The notes under the pieces are model-generated. The model was not told where the DNA came from, searched no databases, and saw only the letters and a program-made list of their open reading frames with translations. A DNA stretch of 64,000 nucleotides from Felis catus. Lineage: Eukaryota. Positions 1 to 10,476 of this stretch are shown here, piece by piece (the first letter of the stretch is position 1; each line of letters begins with the position of its first letter). The position numbers and the translations under genes were made by a program. The stretch spans positions 5,704,001-5,768,000 of the forward strand of contig NC_058368.1 of assembly GCF_018350175.1 (NCBI RefSeq). The letters are read 5' to 3'.

Positions 1-102
1 CGTGGTGAGGACGTGGGACAGCAGAGGTGCTCAGACATTCACTGTACTCGCGCAACTGCTTTGGTGAACTCTTGGGACGTCTCTTATAAAGTTCATCATA
101 CA
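1..102 (+). mobile_element. Old L1 (L1MC/L1ME-like) 3' fragment, left part, interrupted by Tigger1
   Basis: Resembles the L1 ORF2-end motif GGTGAGGATGTGG...TCTTATAAAGTTAAACATACAC; the L1 resumes at 2921. Confidence 0.7.
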
Positions 103-2918
103 CAAGCACACCTCGTTTTATTGTGCTTCACGGATACTGCATTCTTTACACATCGAAGGTTGGTGGCAACCCCACCTTGAGCAAGTCCGTTGGTGCCATT
201 TTTCCAGCATTTGTTCACTTTGTGTCTGTGTCACGTTTTCGTAATTCTCACAAGATTTCAAACTTTGTCATCATTGTTATTTATTTATTTTATTTATTTA
301 TTTTTTATTTATTAAAATGTTAATAATTTATAATAATTTATAATAATTTATAATATAATAATTTATAATTATGTATAATAATTATTTATAATAATTTATA
401 ACATATAATAACTTGAATTATATTATATAAATATTATATAAATATATATATTAATAATTAATAATTATTGTTAAAATAAACAATATTTATTTTTGAGAGA
501 CAGAGAGAGTGTGAGTGGGGGACAGTCAGAGAGAGAGGGAGACAGAATCTGAAACTGTCAGCACAGAGCCTGTATGCGGGGCTTGAACTCACCAACAGTG
601 AGATCAGACCTGAGCTGAAGTCGCATGGTTAACCAACTGAGCCACCCAGGGGCCCCTCAAACTTTGTCATCATTATTATATTTGTTATGGGGACCTGGGA
701 TCAGTGATCTTTGACGTTACTCTTGTAACAAGAGTTTGGGGGCGCTACAAACCACACGCATGTAAGACAATGAACTCAATCCACAAATGTGTATGTTCTA
801 CTGCTCCACCACCAGCCAGACATTCCCGGTCTCTCCTCCTCTCCTTGGGGCTCCCTGTTCCGTGAGACAACAATATTGAAATTAGGCCAGTGAATAACCC
901 TATAGTGGCCTCTATGTGTTCAAGTGTAAGGAAGAGTCTCACGTCTCTCGCTTGGAATCAAAACCTAGAAATGATCAAGCTTAGTGAGGAAGGTTTGCCC
1001 AAAGCTGAGCCAGACCCAAAGGTAGCCCTTTTCCACCAGACAGCCAAGCTGTGAATGCCGAGAAAACGTTCTGGAAGGAAGTTGAAAGGGCTTCTCCGGT
1101 GAACACACAAATGGTGAGCAAGGGAAACAGCCTTATTGCAGATCCAGAGTCGCCTGGAGTGGCCTGGACAGAAGGTTACATCAGCCACAACATTGCCTCC
1201 AAGCAAAGCCTAATCCGGAGCAAGCCCCTAATTCTCTTCAATTTTATGAAGGCCGAGAGAGGTGAGGAGGCTACCAGGAGCAGAGTTTGAAGCTAGGAGA
1301 GGTGGGTTCGTGAAGCTTACAGAAGGAAGCCTCTAGAACATAAATGATGCAGGGTGAAGCAGCAGATGCTGATGAGAAGCGGCAGCAAGTTTCCAGAAGG
1401 TCTGGCCAAGGTAGTTAATGAAGGTGGCTGCACCAAACAGCAGATTTTCAACGCAGACAAAACAGACTTCTATTGGAAGAAGATGCCACTGAGGACTTTC
1501 ACAGCTAGAGAGAGGCCACTGCCTGGCTTCTAAGCTCCAAAGAACAGGCTGACTCTCTCGTTAGAAGCTAACGCAGCTGGTGACTTGAACTGGAAGCCAA
1601 CTTCGCTGAAGTTGAAGTCCATGAAGTGCTCACGGACCGTTCTGAAAATCCTAGGTCCCGTTAGAATTATGCCCAGTCCACTGTGCTTTACAAGTGGATC
1701 ATCGAAGCCTGGATGACAGTATGTCTGTTTACAGCACGTCATGTTTACACCATGGTTTACTGGATATTTTAAGCCCGCGGTTGAGACCTGCTGCCCAGGA
1801 AGAAAGATTCGTTTGGAAATATTGCTGCTTGTTGCCAGTGCACGTGGTCACCCAAGAGCTCTGATGGAGACGCCCAAGGAGACTAACATTTCCACGCCTG
1901 CTGCCACGGCGTGGATTCTGCAGCTCACGGATCGACGAGTCATTTCCACTTTCAAGTCTCACTATTGAAGAAATGCGGTTTGAAAGGCTGTCGATGTCAT
2001 AAAAAGTGATTCCTCTGATGGATCTGGGCAAAGCAAATTGAAAACCTCCTGGAAAGGAGTCGGCATTCTAGATGTCATCAAGAACATGCGTGATTCGTGG
2101 GAAGAGGTCAAAATATCCACGTTTGCAGGCGTTTGGCAGAAGTGGATTCCCACCCTTGGGGATGACTCTGGGGGCTCGGGGCGTCGGTGGAGGCAGTCAC
2201 GGCGGATGTGGCGGAAACAGCGAGAGAACCAGGACTAGAAGCGGGGCCCGAGGGTGGATGGCGTTGCCGCGATCTCGTGACAGGACGCGATGGGGTGAGG
2301 ACTGCTTCTCGCCGCTGAGCGGAGAACGTGGTTTCTCCAGATGGACTCTGCTCCTGCTGAAGATGCTGTGAAGCTTGTTGAAATGACAGCGAAGGATTTA
2401 GAATGTTACATACACTTGGTACTTAAAGCGGCAGCAGCAGGATTTGAAAGGACGGGCTCCAGTTTTGAAAGAAGTTCCACTGTGAGTGAAATGCTATCAA
2501 ACAGCATCTCATGTGACAGGGAAACCATTCATGAAAGGAAGAGTCCCTTGCTGCAGCAAACTTGAGTGTTTCTTCTAAGAAATTGCCACACCCACGCCAG
2601 CCTTCAGCACCCGCCACCCTGATCGGTCAGCAGCCATCGACATCGAGGCAGGACCCTCCCCCAGCAAAAGGATTACGATTTGCTGAAAGCTCAGATGATG
2701 GTTAGCTTTTCTCAGCAGTACAGTATTTTTAAATTAAGGTATGTGCATTGTTTCTTAAGACCTAATTCCATTGCCCAATTAACAGACTATAATATAACAC
2801 AGACATAACTTTTATATGCAGTGGGAAACAAAAAAACTCATTTGACTTGTTTCATTGCAATATTTGCTCTATTGTCGCGGTCTGGAACTGAACCCCCAAC
2901 ATCTCTGCGGTATACCTG
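103..2918 (+). mobile_element. Near-full-length Tigger1 (TcMar-Tigger/pogo DNA transposon), decayed transposase
   Basis: Degenerate terminal inverted repeats CAAGCACACCTC (103) and GCGGTATACCTG (2918). Transposase relic peptides in several frames (NAEKTFWKEVERASPVNTQM...FNFMKAERGEEA; NADKTDFYWKKMP; WFTGYFKPAVETCC...VISTFKSHY). About 2.4 kb after removing the nested SINE. Confidence 0.93.
276..656 (-). mobile_element. CanSINE inserted in Tigger1, with expanded AT-rich tail
   Basis: Antisense SINE body about 490-656. Target-site duplication TCAAACTTTGTCATCATT at 258-275 and 657-674. Confidence 0.92.
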
Positions 2919-2920
2919 TG

Positions 2921-3362
2921 CATGACAGAGCAACCCCCCTCTCAGTCGTTGACCCCAAAGAAACAGAAACATATGTACACAAAAACGACTCTGTACACAT
3001 GCACACAGCAGCCTTATTATTGATAGTAGGCCCAAACTAGAAAGAACCCCAAGGTCCATTCACAAGAGACTGGTTAAGCAAATTGTGATATATTCACACA
3101 ACAGAATACCGCTCAAACATTTTAAAAAGAATAGGTTATAGATACCCGCAGGAACACGCGTGAATCTCAAAGGCATCATGTTGGGTGAAAGAATGTCTTC
3201 CCACTTGCGTGAAGTTCTAAAACAGGCAAAACTTAGCTGTTAGTGGCAAATCAGGGCAGGAGAGGGATCAGGCAGGTGTAGTTATACAGATGTACACAAT
3301 TGTCAGAACTCTTTGAACTAAAAACTTAAGATTTGTGCATTTGACTGTATTTAAATTTTAAT
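2921..3362 (+). mobile_element. Old L1 (L1MC/L1ME-like) 3' fragment, right part
   Basis: GAAACATATGTACACAAAAACGACT...CAGCAGCCTTATT...AAGATTTGTGCATTTGACTGTA, typical L1M 3' end. Confidence 0.75.
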
Positions 3363-3414
3363 ACCCCCCCCCTCCCCGGAAAGCATTCCTTTATCCTCCT
3401 GGAGGGGGAATACA

Positions 3415-3617
3415 GTTTTTTAATATTTATTTTTGAGAGAGAGAGACTCAGTGTGAACGAGAGAGGGTCAGAGAGAGGGGGAGACACAGAATCCGAAGCA
3501 GGCTCTAGGCTCTGAGCCGTCAGCACAGAGCCCGACGCGGGGCCTGAATTCACGAACGGTGAGATCATACCTGAGCCGAAGTCGAATGCTCGACCGACTG
3601 AGCCACCCAGATGCCCC
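3415..3617 (-). mobile_element. CanSINE
   Basis: Reverse complement of the GGGGC(A/G)CCTGGGTGGCTCAGTCGG head, (CT)n and A-rich tail. Confidence 0.92.
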
Positions 3618-5216
3618 ACATTAATCATCCACCACTAACTTTTGAGGGTTTCAAAATAATAGTGTCATTGATAGAGCTACCTTATGCTTTAGTGACAAAG
3701 AAAAAAAATTAATAAAGCCCACTGTCAAAAAGAGAGCGTTTGTTACATGCTTGGTTCTTAATGACCCCACGTTTGTAGGAATGATATTTTTACGTGGTTG
3801 CTTCTTCTCGCCCATCTTCAGGGATCACAGCGAGACTGAGGTAGCAGCTTCTCGTGCCGGGGTTATGGCTTCAAGTCCCCTTTTGTGCAGGTAGATCTGG
3901 ACGTGCCACTGGGCCGGCACTTAAATGTCCAGATCAGGCATGTGGGGTGGTTTCTGAGTTAGCACAGGTACGTAGGCGCTTCTGGCATCGCTTGGTTGTT
4001 TTTCCAAAACTTCGTTTGCATTCCGAGTGCGTGGGAGGAGAGTCGTCTGAGGACGTTCTGTGGGAGACAACTGAGATGTTACTTTTCAGTAAATCTAAGC
4101 GTAACATTGGCACCAATGTTAATGCCGTAGGTATTCTGTGGGGGAGAGCTGTGGGCACACGTGACTATGGGAAGGGAACTCGATTTCAGCCTGAAATTGC
4201 GCCCTCCTTCCCGCAGCAAGTGGATGTGGTCTCAGCTCAGTCCTTTTTCGAGCCACACACGGGATAGTCTTTCCTGCACCTGTCTGTCGTTCTGCCTGCC
4301 CCAGAGTTCCCTGGGGAGGATGGATTTGTGCCGCGCACCTGCCTCTCAGCCTCGGCGTGTGGGGGGTGCACAGCTCCTAAGCAAACGCGTCGACCGTCGC
4401 ACAGTCACCCAGAGCAAATAGTGCGAGAACGTAAATCGCCACCCTTCCCAAAACGACTCTCGCAGAGAGAAAAGTGGATTTAACTTCCCTCGTGCGCATC
4501 CGTGGCAAACAAGGTTTTTGGAAAGCCAGAGCTCACCGACAAAACTAGGGCCTTTGAATGGAAACACAAATTTAGGAAAGGTGAGGGGTAAACAAGACTT
4601 AAGGAGTAGAAATCACAAATACAAGTGTCCCTACCAGGCTGATGGTCCTTAGACATTTGGCTTAATTTTGTTACTGTGGCTGGCGGGGGGGGGGGGCAGC
4701 GCAGGGATTGGGGGGCGCGGTTCTTTGGCTCTGTTTTTGTGACACTGCAAGTCCTCCAGATTTTCTTTGACTTACAGTTTGAATTTGGTGCCCTGTGTTT
4801 CGGGTGTTAAATGGGAGTCAGACTTGGGGCTTGAGTGTTATTGCCAAGTCTGTGCTGGGGGATGTTCGTTCTCTCCTGGACAGGCGGGTGTGGGAGAAGG
4901 AAGCCCCTCATTGCTCACGTTTAGGGGAGGCAGTGGGCCTTGGGGACAACCAACGGCTTTGGATGTGGCAGCAGATCCTGGGGGGAAGTTGCAGAATTAA
5001 ATTTCCTTCTGTGCAACGGGAACTGTGAGGGGTCACACGGGAAGTCCTGCACATAGAGATGCACAAAGAAGTCCTAGTTCCTTCTCTGGGCCGGTGAGCG
5101 GTTGGCTTCCGCTGTCAGCACCTTGGTTCCCATGCACCCCGCACTGGGAGCACGAAGTACCTTACCTGGCTCTGGTTACTTCTGCTTCCCTTTTGAAACT
5201 TCTCTATTGGTCTCTT

Positions 5217-5423
5217 GGGTGCCTCTGTCGGTTGAACGTTCAACTCTGGATATCATCTAGGGTCATGATCTGATGGTGGTGAAATCAATCCCTGCATCAG
5301 GCTCTGCAATGACAGCATGGAGCCTGCTTGGGATTCTCTCTCTCCCTCTCTATCTGCCCCTCCCCTGCTCATGTTTGCACACGCATGTGCACTCTCTCAA
5401 ATAAATAAAACTTAAAAAAAAAA
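5217..5423 (+). mobile_element. CanSINE (older, diverged)
   Basis: Diverged head, GGAGCCTGCTTGGGATTCTCTC body, AATAAA/poly-A tail. Confidence 0.85.
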
Positions 5424-6288
5424 CCAACAAACTCCTGGTCTATCACCACGTTCCTGGATGGCTGGACCTGAGCTTGCGGCTGTGTGTGTGAGATTAGTAG
5501 CACTGTAGCAAACAAATGCAAACAATCGCTCCTATTGTGGGTGCCCCTGGTTCGTACTTCTAATCTAACTCAGTGCTGTGCTGGGTGGCTCATTACAGTC
5601 AGACAAACCTCCAGTCCTGTCTGGGCTCTCACCTTTTTGCACCCTAATGTATCAATTCATTCTACCCACCTGAGCCTCAGTTTACTGCAGTGGGTTCCTG
5701 TGCATTTGGCACCTGAGTGGCTCATGTCTGTGCTAGCAAAGATGTGCTAACTGGGAAGAGGGGGTCCATTCTTCCCAATAGACTGTTAGCACATCAAAAG
5801 GATATTTTTAAAACCTCACTCAATAGTACTTAGGAGAGGGGAGGGGAAAGAGTAATTAAGTGCCATTTGTCACCCAGCCCAGCTCAATAAACATTTTTTT
5901 TTGTCATGCTTAAGAGAACAAGAAAATGTAATTAAGTTTAAATAACTAAAGCTGTGGCCTTAGGGAAGCTTTCAGGACGGTGGACCTCAGTCATTCCGTG
6001 AAAATCTGTAGAAACCTTTCTGGAACCACACTTTTAAGTTATATACACAAAATCTTCCCGGCTCCAAGTTTTAAACACCAGCAACAGCAACAACAATATT
6101 TGCAAATCTCTATATAACTTTTGTTAATTTGGGTGGGGGCTTCATATTTCCAGTAGGGCAGCTCAAAGTTCACGGTCCTTACTTCGCTCAGCAAGTAAAA
6201 TTCTTACAGAGTTTCATAATCTAGTTTAAATCATTGCTGTCAAGTGTTATTTTTAAATGACCGTACCCTTTGGTAAATACACCTAGCT

Positions 6289-6500
6289 GGGGCGCCTGGG
6301 TGGCGCAGTCGGTTAAGCGTCCGACTTCAGCCAGGTCACGATCTCGCGGTCCGTGAGTTCAAGCCCCGCGTCGGGCTCTGGGCTGATGGCTCAGAGCCTG
6401 GAGCCTGTTTCTGATTCTGTGTCTCCCTCTCTCTCTGCCCCTCCCCCGTTCATGCTCTGTCTCTCTCTGTCCCAAAAATAAATAAACATTGAAAAAAAAA
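6289..6500 (+). mobile_element. Young felid CanSINE (SINEC_Fc-like)
   Basis: Most CpGs retained; perfect 13-bp TSD AAATACACCTAGC at 6275-6287 and 6498-6510. Confidence 0.95.
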
Positions 6501-8744
6501 TACACCTAGCAGATGATCCAGGACGTACCCCCAGTAAGTATAGCTCAAACCAGTCCCACCTTCCATGGGCAAGTACCACCCCAGGCGGGTACAGCGGAGA
6601 GCAATACCCAAGGTGCCAACTCAGCCCTGTGGCCGGGGACTCAGCCAGCCATAGAGGCAAGAGGGTTGTTGATGGGCTTCTTCCCATGGTTCGCTTAGGA
6701 GGTGGAGGGAGGGGTCGGGTTACATCTTTTCTTTCATGTGAGTAATACATATTTTCGGTAGAAAAAAACAGGAAGTAGAGATAGCCAGAGAGATATGCAA
6801 ACAACAGTCACCGTCCTCCTGTATCCCAGATGCATTATTCACGAACACGTCAGCAGCACGTATGAAAGGGGGTGGTAGTCTCGAGCCCAGCAAGGCCGGG
6901 ACCACTCCACCCCTTTTGAAGTCCCCAAATGCGTTCGTGAAAGGCGAGCAAATCCTAAAACAGGACCTACAACAATCGGAGTGTATATTGACGTATATAG
7001 ACACATGCTGAAGGCTTCACATTCAAAGACACGGGAACTTGTAGTAGACTGCATCAGGACATAGCATCTCAAGTTCAATTTCAAGATTTGGCCCAGTTGT
7101 GCCGCTTTTCCCACACTCCCATTGCCATGGTGGGTCCGTTGGAAGAGGTGTCAGAACCGGAGTTTGCATTAGCCTTGTAACATTCCTCTGTGCCAACGAA
7201 TCTAATTCTCTGTCCCTCTTAATTGCCACCCACGAGCCCATTGTCTGTAGGTACCACAATATAATTAAGTCCTGTTCTTGGACGTTTCTTTCTTCCTGTC
7301 TTTGGTAGCACAGCACGGTGTGAATATTCTTGCACTTACTTCTTCGGACGCTTTATTACTTATTTCCTGAGGATGAAGTGGAAGAGACGTGCTTGATGGG
7401 GCACAACACGCTCCCATAGTTTTAAGTCAGAAAACAGGCACTTTTTTTAGAAAAATCAAAGCAAGTCCTCCAGGCCCTGGGTGGAGTTCAACTTTACCCC
7501 AGACCTCACTGCGTCTCAGACTCATCGTCAGAAGCTCCGAGTCCCTCGGAGAGCCACGCGACAGAGTTCGGAGGCAAGACCCGAGCGGTTAGGCGTGGGC
7601 TTTGCCGTGGCTGCTCGGGACAAGGGCCGCGGTGGGTGTGGCGGGCCCACCAGAACAGAGGACGGAAACCAGAGAGTGCATTGAAACTAGCATGCCACAT
7701 GGGGGCCAAACCCCACCCTCTGCACTTGAAGAGAGCTGCCCTGAGCACCCCCTGATTCTCAGCCCTGCCGTGTCCCTGCAAGTGTCCCCCAGCTTACGTG
7801 TGCCTCGACCCCACTGCCCGCCCGCCCTCGGAAGGCCTCCGGCCACTTGGTAATGAGTTGTGGCAAAACCTCTCTCTTCCCGTGGAACCAAATGGTGAGG
7901 ACTCCAGAAAAGCAAAGGAACGAACGTGAAGGGTTCTGTCACCCCTGTCCCTTTTCGAAGTGGCCCACCCTTCCAGGCCAACTTGCCGGTTGCCAGCCAG
8001 CTCCAAGCTCCAAGCCCGGCTCACCGGAAACCCCAATCTAAGGACTCCCTACTCCCCAGCCCCCACATTTGCTTAGAGCAAACTTGTCCACACCCCCCTC
8101 CCCGGCTTTTGCCCTACATTCTCTTTTCACCTCCTCCCCTGACATTTAACTTGGCCGCACAGCTCTATTCCTTAAAACCCTCTGCCCCAAGCTGTCTGTG
8201 ACGCAGCATGCCAGGAACAAGAAAAGCTCATCAAAGGCTGCTGTCCTCGCTGCCTGTCCCTGTCACTCATCGTTCCCCTTGGAACTGCTCTCCCTCTACC
8301 CTTCCCTGGCTGCCGAAACCCTGCTTATCTTTCTAGACACATCTCACGTTCTGTGTTCTTTAAGGAGCCCGACCAGCCTTCTAGCCTTCTGAAACCCCCT
8401 AGAATGTGATCACAATACATGTCATATTCCACTGTGTCGTGTACGGACGGTCCCTGACTTAGGATGGTTCCGTTTAGGATTTTCCAACTTGATGATGGGG
8501 TGAGAGCGAGACGCATTCAGTAGAAGCCGTACTTGAAGCTTTGAATCTGGATCTTTTCCTAGGCCAGCGGCATGTGGTACGATTGTCTCTCGTGACGCCG
8601 GGCAGTGGCCACTCCCCAGGCAGCCGGCACAGCCCCGAGGGTGAATAACCGACATGCTCACAACCATTCGCCACCCAGACAACTACCTGTCACTTTTAGC
8701 ACGGTATTCAGTACGTCGCAGGAGATAGCCAGCACGTGATTGTA

Positions 8745-9480
8745 TTTTTAGTCTCATTTTTTGTTTCTTTTTTTTATCAAAGCATAGTTGGCACACCATG
8801 TTATGTTAGCTTCCGGTGCGCAGCGTAGTGATGCAACAAATCTGTTTGTAGTGTGACTGCCGCGTGTCACCAGACAACGCTTCCCGTCCCACTGACCATC
8901 TTCCCTAGGCTGTGCCTTTCATCCCCGTGATGGAAGCCTCTGTCTGTCACCCCCTTCGTCTGTTTTACCCTCCCTCCCTGCATTCCCCCTCCCCTCCGGC
9001 AACCACCAATTTGTTCTCTGTACTTATGGGTCTTTTTCTGCGTTTTTGTTTGTTAATAAGTTTGTTTTTTAGATTCCACGTAGAAGGGAAAATATGGCTT
9101 TTGTCTTTCTCTGTCTGGCTCCTTTCACTCAGCATTATACCCTCTGGTACGTCCATCCATGTGGTCCCACATAGCAAGATCTCGTTCGTGTTCATGGTTG
9201 AGTAATATTCTGTGTGTGTGAGTGAGTAATATTCCGTTGTGTGTCCGTACACACACCCCCCCCCACATCTTCTGGATCCATTCATCTGTGGATGGACACT
9301 TACGTTGCTTCCATATCTTGACTATGGATTGTAAATAATGCTACAGTAAACATAAGGGCACATATATCTTTCGAATTAGTGTTTTTGTTTTCTTTGGCTA
9401 AATACCCAGTAGTGGAATTTTGGGACCCTATGGTTATTTCTATTTGTAATTTTTTGAGGAACCTCCATACAGTTTTCCAC
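8745..9480 (-). mobile_element. L1 3' fragment (carnivore-type), inserted in MER47
   Basis: T-rich start followed by the antisense L1 3' UTR and ORF2 end (ORF 9300-9482 '-' WKTVWRFLKKL). Confidence 0.9.
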
Positions 9481-9507
9481 ATTAATACTTTATTATAAAA
9501 TAGGGTT

Positions 9508-9711
9508 GGGGCACCTGGGTGGCTCAGTTGCTTGGGCTCCCAAGTCTTGATTTAGGCTCAGATCATGATCTTATGATTTGTGAGTTCTAGCCCCACATCG
9601 GGCTCTGCACAGACGGCATGGAGCCTGCCTAGAATTCTGTCTCCCTCTCCCTCTCTGCCCCTCCCCAGCGTGCTTCTATATATCTCTCAAAACAAAAATA
9701 AACTTAAAAAA
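9508..9711 (+). mobile_element. CanSINE inserted in MER47
   Basis: 13-bp TSD ATAAAATAGGGTT at 9495-9507 and 9712-9724. Confidence 0.92.
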
Positions 9712-9868
9712 ATAAAATAGGGTTTTGATGATTTTGCCCAACTGGCTATGGTGTTCAGTAAGTTAGGTGTATTAGCTGCATTTTTGACTTATGATATTTT
9801 CAATTTATGATGGGTTTATCAGCATATGACCCTGTTGAAAATCAGGGAAAATCTATAGATTATACCAC

Positions 9869-9878
9869 GTGTGTGTGC

Positions 9879-9914
<36 letters not shown>
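9869..9914. repeat. (TG)n microsatellite
   Basis: Seen directly. Confidence 0.95.
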
Positions 9915-9918
<4 letters not shown>

Positions 9919-10280
9919 AACGATTTTAAGTTCCTTGGAGGCAAGGACTATAACCATTCATTTTCCTCTTCTGGGTGTTCAGAATCACTATACCTTGCAC
10001 CAAGGTACTGGTTCTACGAACGAATGAGCAGCGAAGGAACATGGGCTGATATATAAGGGAAGTGGATGTAATGAGCCTCCTAGAGAAAAGTTGATTTGAT
10101 AGGAAGCTGGCTCCAACCTTTCCATATAGGAGGGATTTGGGGACAGCGTTCTGATCAGAAAGAGGCTTAAAAAAGCACTTTTTAAAGAGGGAGACAACAA
10201 CGCTTGTTAAAATGAAAGGAGACCAGAGCTGATGGAGATCAACAGAGAGGCACATTTTCTCTGTGATTGAATGTCTGCTT

Positions 10281-10302
10281 TGTGTGTGTGTGTGTGTGTG
10301 TG
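10281..10302. repeat. (TG)11 microsatellite upstream of the exon acceptor
   Basis: Seen directly. Confidence 0.95.
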
Positions 10303-10359
10303 TTATGGGATGTTTTCCATTGATTAAATCATGTAGGGTTTTTGAAAGAACAAACCTAA

Positions 10360-10476
<117 letters not shown>

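Larger units (their letters stand above)
8444..9855 (-). mobile_element. MER47-type non-autonomous Tigger element, split by an L1 and a SINE
   Basis: TA at 8442-8443 and 9856-9857. Ends CGGACGGTCCCTGACTTAGGATGG and GATGGGTTTATC...GGAAAATCTA resemble MER47 termini. Pieces at 8444-8744, 9481-9507 and 9712-9855. Confidence 0.82.

Noticed and set aside
958..2565. Transposase-like ORFs as a domesticated TIGD1-like gene
   Set aside because: Fragmented over several frames with stops, and a catalytic motif is altered; this is a decayed Tigger1.
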